Shown piece after piece: positions 11,201-22,400 of a stretch of DNA of 64,000 nucleotides. Made by a program: the position numbers and the translations under genes. Every line of letters begins with the position of its first letter. The stretch's first letter is position 1. The stretch is from Botryllus schlosseri (lineage: Eukaryota): assembly GCA_051294905.1 (NCBI GenBank), contig CM119372.1, forward strand, positions 9,488,001 through 9,552,000. The letters run 5' to 3'. Below the pieces are notes generated by a model. That model ran no database searches and had not been told where the DNA came from. It was given only the letters and a program-made list of their open reading frames with translations.

Positions 11201-14200
11201 AATTACGACTATTATTACAATTGCATTGTCCTCATTGGTAGGATATTTCTTATCTTCTTAGCACTCGTCGTAGCTAAACGCAAAAGATTAACATCCATAA
11301 ATACGCCATTGCTGCCAATGATTCCGGTTTATTGAAAGTGGAAGCGGAAGCATCTGTAACTCTCTCTTGATGTCATGATGCGGTTTCTTGTAACTGGATT
11401 ATGTTTCTATCCTCTATTATTGACCCTGCGTTCAACTTCGTGCCCTGTGATACGATGGAGGGATTGATGGATTAAATGTAATAGAATTGGTTTCGCTTTC
11501 GCTAATATAAACACTTTCAATGTCTTTTTTCATTCACTCTCATTGCTATACTACGGAATCGTTTTTTTAACTGGTTGTAATATTTACGACATCCAGGTGC
11601 AAGCTCTCTACCAGTTTCGTAGCACCGATGACGACGAGCTGTCGTTCGACAAAGGGGATGTCGTCCATGTCATAGTTCACCCTGATCCAGAGGAACAGGT
11701 GGGTCGAGGGATCTTGTTGCGTTCTACCCAGGCCTTTTGACACCTTTTTGACCTCGCGGACCAGTAAAACGTCAAAAGCATATGTTACGGACCAGTGAAC
11801 CTTAATCCAAATTAACCATACATTTGATTGCGATATAAGTATGCTACTCAAATGGAATATTGTAAATTTCATTTAATGCTGCCTTTTTGATATCAATTAT
11901 TTATATATGGTTCTATTGAAGTTTCTGAGAGGCAAACTTTGCGAAGTCCTGTTAACACAATCCTGGTTGTGATTGTTTGGTATCTTTTGAAAGAAATGAG
12001 ACTTTGCTCTTGCTTCTATTATACTGCCAAGTGTCGCTTAATCACACTGTCGGAATTTAACAGAGTTTGTTTATAAGTCTTCATGGCTTTAACATATAAC
12101 TTGTCTGAAATGAGTTGAAGGCTAATTTTATACGGTTTCGTACAACCCTTTGAGGATTGCGACGTACGAACTGCCTATTACAGCACCGTGCAGAAATTAC
12201 ATTCCGGACTTCTGAATCAATCTAATATTTGATGTTTTGTTTCTGTAATTAATGGACAAGCGTCCAACTTCTTTGATTTTTCGATTGAGATATAAGAGAA
12301 CCACTGGTCTAAATAGTGCAAGTCAAAGTAGAAGCAGTCTAAAAAGTGTACTGATGCAAGTAGCCAGAGCCTATTCAAATTCCCTGAACGAGTAGAAGTA
12401 CTACGTCACTGACCATTTGTGTTTGTGGTAAATTTCATACCAAAACTAGGCTTACCATACGTCCCCTTTTAAGAGGATTTGTCCTCTTTTTAAACTTTTT
12501 TGAAAGTGTCCTCGGAGGACGCCCTTTTGTCCTCTTTTTTGAGATTTTGTCCTCTTTTTTGATAATTTAGGTCAGATTCAGAGCAAATTGCGAGTGATAT
12601 GCCGCAAATTAGCACAGAAGTGAAGCTCCGGTGGGTATTTCGGAGTGAAAAACCTTTTTTTTTTTTTTCACAAAGTGGGAAAAATTCACCGGTTTTTGAG
12701 AATTCTTCTCCGGTTTTGCAAGTCTGAAATTTCTGAAAAGTGTCCTCTTTTTAGATTTCCAAAATATGGTAAGCCTACCTAAACTGATGTCGATATCGAT
12801 TCCTGATTAAATATATTCATACTGAAATAAACCCGGATGTTGTCGGCTGACACTCATCAGGGATAGTCATCAGCTACTAGTGGAGGATTGGAAAGAATAT
12901 TGTGCGTATCTGAAGTATTTGAACACAGAAAATTTATTGACAACTTCTCATTTCCGTTATATTGGGGTTAAGGCAGAGGTCTCAAACTCAAATGTGCTTG
13001 CGGGCCATTTTTCCAGTTTTGACGACGTCACGGGCCGCAGCATTTATAGGGGTATTCTATGTCTTTCGAAGTAGGCCTTATTTGGCGGGAATGAATTTTC
13101 CTATTGAAATTGAGCCGATCCAGCAGAGTGACAGTAAACACACATCGTCAAAATGTGATTTACGTTTGTATCAATTTAGGCCTGGCACGAAAAGAATCAT
13201 CACATTTATATCTATTTGAATAGAATTGTTGTTGTACTTGATATGTGTTACCTATAAGATATAGACACCATATGGGAGGACAAATGTATGCCATCATAAA
13301 AGCTATCAGGTTGTAATTTTCAGCTACTATGAATATTTTGAATCCAACAGACTGATAATAGAGACTGATCTGATATCAAAAGATTTTCAAGTTGAGCATT
13401 GTAATTACGATCCAGGATTCGTGTATACTTCTGATAAGTAGGCTATTAATCTCATGGCCAGATATTTTCAAATATAGGAGCAGAAAAAATAGATAAATTT
13501 AATATAAATATATTAATGAATGTGTCCAAGGGATAGAAATGTCGGAACGCCGAACGGCCCATTGCTGTTACATCGTTGGAGCGTACCGCTACGGTACTCG
13601 GTACCTTTAAGTGGCCTTAATTACATGGTTTAGCGACCAAAGATGTAACTAACAAATTGCCAATGGTTGCCATAACTATACTTGCTTAGTTGGCGAAATA
13701 CGAAGCTGCGACCTTGTGATCTATTACTATTCCCCTGATACGCGATTAGTTTGTTGCGTCCATGGTTCTAACAAATGTAGGCCTACGGCATTCCGAGTCA
13801 CTTCAAGTCCACTCGAGTCGTTTTGATTTTGCCATCGAGTTAGCCCGAGTCTGAGTAATTCTAAGAAAGGTCGCGTCCAAGTCCAGCTCACAAATTTCAG
13901 TCTAGAATCGTCTAAGGGTCCGGTTTTGTCATCATGAATTGGAAATTAGCGAAATAGTGAATGATCTACTCACTACTGCATGGTAGCGTTTGCAATTGAT
14001 ATGATAGTGAAGTTTGATGAATAGTTTAAGGCTTTCGGAGCAATTTAAGAGGGAATTTTCACTTTATAACCTGAAAAGACATATGTGACACTTATATTTT
14101 GTAAAATTAATAAAAATCTAAAATGTCGTCGCGGGCCGCACAAAATGCTCTGGCGGGCCGCATGCGGCCCGCGGGCCGCGTGTTTGAGACCTCTGGGTTA

Positions 14201-14420
14201 AGGTGACCGTCTTTGGCACTAAAAACTATGTCTTCTCAACGTTGCTTCGTTACCTTGTATCTTGTATTGAACTGTACCGGCTCGAGCGTAGTATCGGCTT
14301 TTTTGTTACCAGGACGACGGCTGGCAGATGGGCTTCCGTCAGACGGACTGGGACGAAAACGGCGGCAACGCGATCATGGGCGTGTTCCCGGAAAATTTCA
14401 CGAAACGGGTTCCGTCGTAG
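2261..14420 (+). CDS. AMPH: Amphiphysin/BIN1 family N-BAR + SH3 protein (16 predicted coding exons, ~1265 aa if all included)
   Basis: Phase-consistent GT-AG exons: 2261-2338, 2399-2479, 3739-3793, 3851-3945, 4007-4087, 4160-4282, 4732-4893, 4963-5051, 6056-6220, 7225-7327, 7392-7736, 8316-10376, 10880-10964, 11027-11091, 11597-11698, 14313-14420. BAR signatures are ETKDE, KLQRDMKQYL, KRGRKLVDYD and LPTLYDSR. The amphiphysin-type SH3 reads VQALYQFRSTDDDELSFDKGDVV..EEQDDGWQMG..GVFPENFTKRV. AMPH and BIN1 cannot be distinguished; this is probably a pre-duplication ortholog. Confidence 0.93.
6325..7162. mobile_element. MITE-like element with GACTTGACTCGAGTC subterminal repeats (amphiphysin intron)
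   Basis: Clusters of TGACTTGACTCGAGTCA at both ends. The right end is CCCAACACTG; the left terminus and TSD were not resolved. Confidence 0.55.
8847..8990 (+). repeat. Coding 39-bp tandem repeat (ENDDSAKFTGEQI-like, ~4 units) in the large amphiphysin exon
   Basis: Units start at 8847, 8886, 8925 and 8964, each beginning GAAAATG(A/G)TGAC. Confidence 0.85.
12447..12777. mobile_element. TAGGCTTACCATA-TIR MITE, copy 1
   Basis: TIRs TAGGCTTACCATA / TATGGTAAGCCTA; interior highly similar to 40952-41323. TSD imperfect. Confidence 0.8.
12974..14195. mobile_element. ~1.2-kb non-autonomous hAT (Buster/Charlie-type) element, copy 1
   Basis: TIRs CAGAGGTCTCAAAC / GTTTGAGACCTCTG; perfect 8-bp TSD GGTTAAGG (12966-12973, 14196-14203); colinear with 23963-25137. 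Confidence 0.92.
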
Positions 14421-16416
14421 GTAGATCGCGGCCGTCTCGTGCGTCGTACCACGATTCGCTCTCCGAACAAAATCTTGCCAGTTAATTGGCCGGATCTCCG
14501 ACTCGCGCCATAATATTCATTCGACGAATTACCTTGAATCTCTTTTTTAATAAAACTCATCGCCTTTTTTAACACGCCGCTGTCGATTGTCGGGTGCTCG
14601 CGGCCAACCGGGTCGGCGACGATTTTTTCTCGTTTTTGCGCGACTTCATATATCACATTCATAGTTTTAACTAGATTACCTTGCGAGTTTCAACGACGGC
14701 TTGTGTTTTCGTTATTAGTAAACAAATATAGCGTCGCAATACCGCAGTTGTCAACATCATTTTAACTAACTCACGTGTACAATTGAATAGTATATTCATA
14801 TTGAAATAAACCCGAATATTTCGGCTGACACTATTCAAGAGTAGGCTAATCAACACTGTATATCAGCAATCGTATCACCAAATATGAAGTCATCGTCATG
14901 AAGTTTTGGATAATCGAGACAAAGAGATCGCTTTGGCTCAATGTACTATTTTTAGGTGATACTCGAATTCCTGTTATCACACACTAGGTTTCCGTGCTTT
15001 GATAAAGGTCGACTCCAAGGCCCACACATATTCGTGTTTATTTCAATGTGAATATATTATTCAATTGTATATTGAAGTTCTGAACCTTCTGGGAGCTCTT
15101 TAATTCACATGTGCTTTGATACAACATGGATAGGTGGTACGTGTGATTGTGCTTAACTGAGTAATGAATTCCTGACTCCGAATGAAATCTTCTTTCTGAT
15201 AAATTCATAAAAGTACATAACCTGGCCTTGATTTTACCCTTTTGGTGCCGCAGCATCTGCAAAACTAGTGCTACGGAATAGGTCGCCTTATTGTGACGGC
15301 ATTTCAAGCTGAAGGTCGCTGCTATTTCTCGGGCCGTTTGTTGCTAGTTGCTACTATATCATATTCGTGATTGTGAGTACATAGTTAAAATCTATTTTTC
15401 ATCGAACGTATTTGTCGCCTTTTCATTTACAGTGCCACTGTTTCGGGATTATTTCTATGAAATTATTTTCGATAATGTAGTGTGATCGTTGTTTGATAGC
15501 ATAGTGTTCTATAGTACGTGTTATGATTGTCATAAGCAATTGCTAGTCTGTGAGACCGAACCTGTTCGTTTTTTTTTCCTTGCCACGATTGGAGAATCTT
15601 ATTACATGTGTATTGCAGGGATTCTTATCGATTTTTGAACATTATATTATAATATATATGTATATTATATTGGTCCACTGCTAAGGTGAGGTTCATAAAT
15701 TTACGCCGTTTGGATACTTTGATTCGTGGTAATAAATTCACTGACTTGTCATGCAAAGCGGGAAATGTGGAATTGGAAATGGAAATTGGGAAAAGGGTCG
15801 TGGCTGATGTGCTTCAGGTCTCTTGGCGGAGGCCCACGGCCTGAGAAGGACAGTGAGAAGGCGTCGCTGAACAGCTAACCTCTAAACCTGCGAGCTGTAA
15901 TCCAACTAGTCGACTAGGGGCGCGTTTCGAGGTCTGAGGTTACTCAATCGATGAGATATCGGAGAATTACGTTAATTGAAATAAGACGAAAATCCAGCGA
16001 ATTTCTCAACAGACCAAAATCGCCTGGAGCTACGATTGAAATCACGTGATTCACGAGTGATTGCGTTTCTTGACGGACTACGACAATGCCTGCTTCATGC
16101 ACGCCACGTCAAATTTGAATTGCAGCCAACAGATAGTCTAAGCGTTTTATCCCGATAAAGTCATTCGCGGACAACGAACATTAGCTGGATAATCGCTAAT
16201 CACAGTATAAAAGATATGGATGAAATTCAGCAGATGAGAGTTCCCTCGCCGTTTTTGGGGAAGCCCTGTCACAGGACTGCGAGTCATGTCCTTAGGAGGT
16301 AGCCTAGATTCGGTGTTAGCCACTGCTAAATAAAATACCACTAATATACGTTATTACCGTGAACAGAGATAGGTATTATGACGCTTAGAGGAACGTGGTA
16401 CGCGATAACGCAGCAC

Positions 16417-18668
16417 ATGCCAAAACCTGCTTGGATCAGATTTCCGAACCAGCAACGATTTTGTTGCTGCTGTTCCATTCGAACGGGAGCATCTCTCATA
16501 GGATGGTTCAATTTCGTAAGTACGGTGATTTCATAAGGGCAAAGCTTTGTGGCTATTGGAGTTTCACGCCGACAGGAGTGGTATTATTGATACACCTACA
16601 TCATCATCGTAGATGGGGACAAATTATAGGCTTGCTTTTTACCCTTTAGGCGAGCTGATGCACCAGGGATACGTGCGACTAGATATCTCATATGGGACTT
16701 AGTCAATTATACATATGATATATACATTCAGTTTTACAAAACTGCGGCAAACCAAGTGATGTACAATGTACATGTATAGCCTAATTATGAATTGGCGTAG
16801 CCTATGCATAGATAGATATCCTTGGATATTCCTGGCTCTTGTTAGGCATCCCAACTAACTAGTACAAAAATACCTGTGTAATCTACTATTCTACCAACCC
16901 AGTCACTATACCAACGTTGGTAAATAGGCAAGTAGCTTATTTATTTTTCGTTGTCTTTTCATCGCAGATTATCAATTCTCTGTACATTGGAATGCTCCTC
17001 CTACTCATCACAAACCTTCGAAATCTTTCCGCGGATATTGAAGCGCCTCACAAATTGCAAGGGTGAGTGTTAATTGACTTGCTTCTAGGCATAACATTTC
17101 GCAGTTTACACCGTCACCTTTCCCGATATTTTAAAATATTCAGAACGATGCAAAAGATCTTAGATCATCCTAATGGCAGTCAAGGTAAGTTATGTTCTGA
17201 ATTGATATGATGCAAGTAATGATTTTCCTGTTCTTGTTGTTGGTATGCTATAGACATAAACAGTACTACGAGTATACAACTTCCCAAGGACATTAACATG
17301 TCGGCGGTAGTTCCAGCTTCAACTCTTATACGACTCGAAGAGGCACGCAATAGTGGGTATTAATTTAAGTACTAGCCTTGTAGTACATTTAAATCTTCTT
17401 TTTGAAATCTGCAGTGATCGATTTCACTTTACCAATCATGTACAAGTCGATATGTGTCCCGGCAATTATCGTAATTTTCAGCATTTTATGGCTCATTACC
17501 GTGGAGGCTGTAAGTATGCAATGTAGGCCTACATATATCGTGCGTATATCCGCTCTTACATTTTAATGCCATTTCCAGAGTAAAATTATATACGTTCAAC
17601 TTTTCGGCAAAGCCTTCATTTTATCAATTTTCATTCAACTCATCGCACAACTTGGATTTTTGATTTATATCGAAATTGAAGCGAGGAAGATGTTTGCTTC
17701 TCACGTCAATGTTGTGGTGTGGACTGTATTCGTCGTCTACGCGACAATGAACGTAAGCTGTTGAAATTCACAATTGTCGGCTCTTGCTAATCAAACTCGG
17801 CGGATTAACTAATTAATAATTAATTCAGATGTATTTTGTTCCAATCCTGAATGAATTCATCAGACGACGGATAAGAGAGTGTGACCAAGGAATGGAACAA
17901 GGGCTTTTGACATCAGAGATGTACCCTCGTGCTCGTGTTGCTGAGTAAGTTATTGATCGGAACTCGGAATAGAAACAGGCTGCGAACTTTTTACCGTACC
18001 ATTGTAATATTAACGGGAACTTATTTATTTGCACCGAAGGGAATACATCCAAGACGCCTTCACCGTAGAACCAGATACCGATATGGTGCATTTTGAGGCA
18101 TCTTTGGTCACAGCGCATAAACCGGATAACTACAATTCAATCCAGGTAATCATTACTTCAAAATCATCTAGACATTCTAGGAATTTGTTTCGATATATTA
18201 GTAAAAAACCGAGGAGAGCAATTATTCAAGTATCTTTCCTCATTAATAGCCAACGCCAGAGGTGGTAAACTTCTCGTCGTCTGTTCGATTGCGATCGACA
18301 GAATATTTCTAGTTATTCGCATGGAAGAAAAGTTGCGATGCACTTTTCATAATCGTACTGTAGTTCACCTTTCCACTTTTAGACGTGTGAGCGACAACTT
18401 GGAGATGAGTTTGTTTTGGACTTTGAAAACGAGAGTTCGAAGTGAATTGTCCACCCTATATTGTCGGAATCACTACTTTGAATCGATAGGAGTCGTGAAC
18501 ATAGATGAGTGCTAGCCTAAATGAAACATTTAGTGACTCACATGAAATGCACCGCGATATGGTTGCATTGACCCCAACGACCATAGCTATAACGTGAATA
18601 GTTCGAAATATTTTTCTTTTCAGTCCACAGAAACTTCCGAGAAATATGACGACGAACCGCCAATCTGA
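16417..18668 (+). CDS. Divergent four-transmembrane LAPTM4/Mtp-like membrane protein (~289 aa, 9 exons)
   Basis: Phase-consistent exons 16417-16515, 16968-17062, 17144-17184, 17254-17352, 17415-17509, 17579-17752, 17829-17944, 18040-18145 and 18624-18668 give one open frame. The N-terminus RFCCCCSIRTGASLIGWFNFIINSLYIGMLLLL resembles LAPTM4 RCCGCCHVRTGTIILG. Three more hydrophobic segments follow, the first loop has N-glycosylation sequons, and AATAAA lies at 18905. Confidence 0.8.
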
Positions 18669-19039
18669 ACCCGAATATTGAGATTGAAATTGTGATCAAT
18701 CCATCTGCAACTCTTCGAACGCTTTTCCTTCTCTTTCGGAGTAATAGTGACAGTACGGTACACAGGAGTGATATGAGATCTGATTCACAACATCACGATG
18801 TCGATGGACGTGAATTGTCTCTATGGCATCTGATGTTGGATTAGTTTTCACTGTTCGAGTGTTCGTGCTTCTTCCAGTGCCAATCATTTTCTCCTTGTAC
18901 ATGAAATAAAATATAAGCTTGCTGCTCTCAACGCAACAACTTTTGAAATTTCATCAACAATGTTGAAATCACGGGGCATGGTTAGTTATTACGATCTACA
19001 GTCGCTGTGAGCTAGGCATTGTAAAGTCGCTATACATTG

Positions 19040-19230
19040 CCAACAATCACGTCAGCGTCGGTTCCGGTGCGTAGCAAGTGCTACGTATGCAGCGATATTG
19101 TTGTGCTTCGACTTCATCTAATCATCGATGGTACACAATTGCACATGCATTTGAGCTGCAGATGAAATCGGAAGAAATGGTGTTGAGCCAAGGTGTTGGA
19201 AGTGATACTGAAAACGAATTAACACCTCCC
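19040..19230. promoter_or_regulatory. Putative muscle cis-regulatory module upstream of the nAChR gene
   Basis: T-box half-sites GGTGTTGA (19179), AGGTGTTGG (19191) and GAATTAACACCT (19216-19227, fitting the ascidian Tbx6 consensus RWWNTNRCACYT). A CRE-like CACGTCA lies at ~19048, with E-boxes CACATG and CAGATG nearby. Confidence 0.45.
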
Positions 19231-19412
19231 ACTGCTCAGGAACTGCATTAGCAGCAACAGGTCATGGTTGATAGAACATACACTGCTAGTTGAATTTACC
19301 TCACCCATCAAATCCCATGCGAGTTATTGTGTAGCTTGCATCGTGGATAGATATGATCGAACTTCAATTGACTGCGTAGCTAATCCAGACAGGCTTCCAA
19401 CAGATTGTAGAA

Positions 19413-22400
19413 ATGACTGTGCTTAGCTTAGGAATTTTGGGTAATTTGTACACATTCGTTACGATGTATTGGGAGGTATATGAGCGTTTTATTCTACAGG
19501 ACTCGCTATCGCCGCCGTTGTCACGATTGCGATGGCCAAAAGTAACGTTACCATAACCGAAGACGTAACGAGAAATTACGATAAAAGAGTACGGCCCGCA
19601 AAAGGATTTAGTGACAGAGTTAACGTAATTTTCAAATTATCTCTGAACCAGCTCTTAGATGTTGTGAGTATACTTGTAATATACATGAATTTTCGCTTAT
19701 AAGACTTTGTGGCATTGGCATTATTGCGCATCAGCGTTCTTCAAAATAAGCCCTTTTATCGAATGGAACTAATTTGAAGTTTTTTCAATGCTCACATGCA
19801 GCCCACACAGACCTTCGGCTATCGCAACTTTTAGTCGTTTGCTTAGGCTCTGGCGGGGCTCCGCTAGTCAGATGATCGTTTAGTTCGAAAGTTAATTCAT
19901 TTTCATAATCTAGTCTTGCCCAACTCAACCGAGAGATACAAGACTCGTCAAGGGTACACAATACACATAATACCATATTAACTAGCTATAGCTATATGTT
20001 CACTGGTAACAGGTCATGCGAAATGTTGATTTCGATCGGTTGATGTTCCTATTCTTTTACGCAACCACGTCGTTAGTGAACAAGAACATGAATCAATTAT
20101 TATCGCTCGGTAGTCGGTACTATACTTCGTATATAACAATTCTGCCATTAACCGCTGTGGTAGGAGTGTGGATTGAGTGACGTCCAATTCATCGATATGG
20201 AAGTCCCGGCCCGTGTATTTTCATTTTCAATGTCAATTAGTGAATCTGGCTTTTTATGTGGCATGTATATCCTCACTGTTGTGGTTAGTCTTTTATTATC
20301 ATTCACTCACGTAAATTACAGAGTGAAGTTTCGCAGAAAATTCAGACAAAGTTGTGGCTTTATCATCGATGGGTCGATCTGCGACTGTCTTGGAATCCTT
20401 CGCATTACGGCGGCATCCAATACGTTCATCTTCCAGCTGAAAGGCTTTGGCTGCCTCTTTTCGTGCTATACAACAAGTAAAATTAGCAGGATGAGCAATG
20501 CGCATGCGCAGATATGCTTTATTGATTATATTGCTTGAGTGGGTTTCTTTAATCCGAAAACTCATAGGAATATTAATGCTTGACGTATATCATGGGTATA
20601 TTGTTAGCGTGCCACACTTGGACAATTAAAGAGGTAGGCCTATACTCTGGTTACGTTATAGCTCATTTTCCTTATCCCTCTCAAAAGTTGCTGACGACTG
20701 CTTTTTCTTCAGTGCTGATGGAGACTTCGCAGTGTCGGATCTCACCAAAGCGAAAGTCCATTTTAATGGCACAGTCGAATGGAAACCTCCGGTCATATTC
20801 AGCAGCTTTTGTGAAATTCAGGTAAGGGAATAGTTATTATGTGACTGATTACTGACTATGCGTTGTATAGCCTGTCGAAAAATGTGGCAAATCTCTACTT
20901 AGGTGGCAAATTTTCCATTCGACACGCAAAACTGCACAATGAAAATCGGGCCCTGGACATCGGGACAAGATTTACTCGATATTGTGAACATGGACGGAAT
21001 GGTCAAGTGAGGGACATTTTTCTTAAACTATATTGCGCTTAAAACTATTCTTGTGTCAGAAGTAATATTGTAGAGAAACCTACATAAAGAACCAAATCTT
21101 TGCACTTAATGACATTGTTATGAGTTGATCACAGCTTTATAGATACGCCATTGCAAGTAAAATGCGTAGCTCTATACTACATGTATATGGCTGGTAACAG
21201 TTTTATGTGGCTAGTATGAAGTGTGAAAAATTTCCGTGACCTTAACACAAACGTCAGTACTAGAGCACAGAGGTATCTGGGTGCGTAAAAAAACAAGCTT
21301 TGTAGATTCAAACAGAGGCCCTATTTATAATTAAATATAGGCTATTTACACTAGCTGAATGAACAAGCTATTTGGGGTGAGAAGACATTAAGCGACGAAC
21401 AAAAAAGTAATGAACGCTCTTATTGCAAATGAATTTCTATCGGAAGAAGATTAGCCCGCCCAGCTAGATCCTAATACGGTTTTTGCCTACGCTTATATAC
21501 TAATCAAGAAGTGATGGCTCCAATCGACATATCGGCGTTGATTCGTTTAGAAATCACATTTGTGACAAACCGGACCTGTCCAATTACGTCACCAATGGTG
21601 AATGGAAGCTGTTGACAACAGGATGCCATAAACATTACATCAAATACGACTGCTGCAAAGGTAGGTTTCTTATTTTAATTTTCCTATTGTCTATATCGTC
21701 GCTGTGGAATCAAAGCAGCTTATATTTTTTTTTCAAATTTTCACATATCTTCGGCCATATTTTGGCTATGTTTATGTTTGCCACATTTTTCAAGGTTAAT
21801 CACGACCAAGATGTGGCCGAAAAAAAATGAAAACTTTACGTAAAGTGATTTTTTTCAAAATGTGTAGCACTGACATAAGGTACTTTGATTCCACAACGAT
21901 GATATAGGAAACGATAATTTTCTGACTATTATTGTGTAAAATCTCCACAAAACAATATGCTCCAGGTCCGTACGTAGATATGACCTATCATTTCGTGATT
22001 CAACGACGTCCGCTGTATCTTCTCATGAACATTCTCTTTCCAACGATGCTGTTTTCATTGCTAACTTGCACCGTTTTCTACCTTCCGTCCGATGCTGGAG
22101 AGAAGATGACGCTCAGTGTATCGCTGCTGCTATCTCTAGTCGTGTTTCTTCTCGTCATTGGTGAGCCATGTTCATTACTAGGACGATTCTGGTAACGCGG
22201 GTAACGCGAAACAGTGTTCGGGCAATTTCACTTCGCTAATTTGTTCTTCTGCCCGAAGAAATAAATGGCATTTCTGAATTTTGTTGTATTATCACGGCGA
22301 ACTTCTTAGGTACACCAAACTGAATTGTCGCATTGTACGAAGTTTCATATTCTTGCTTGTTCCATTATGAATTCTAGCGAGGTTATATTAAATGTAATAA

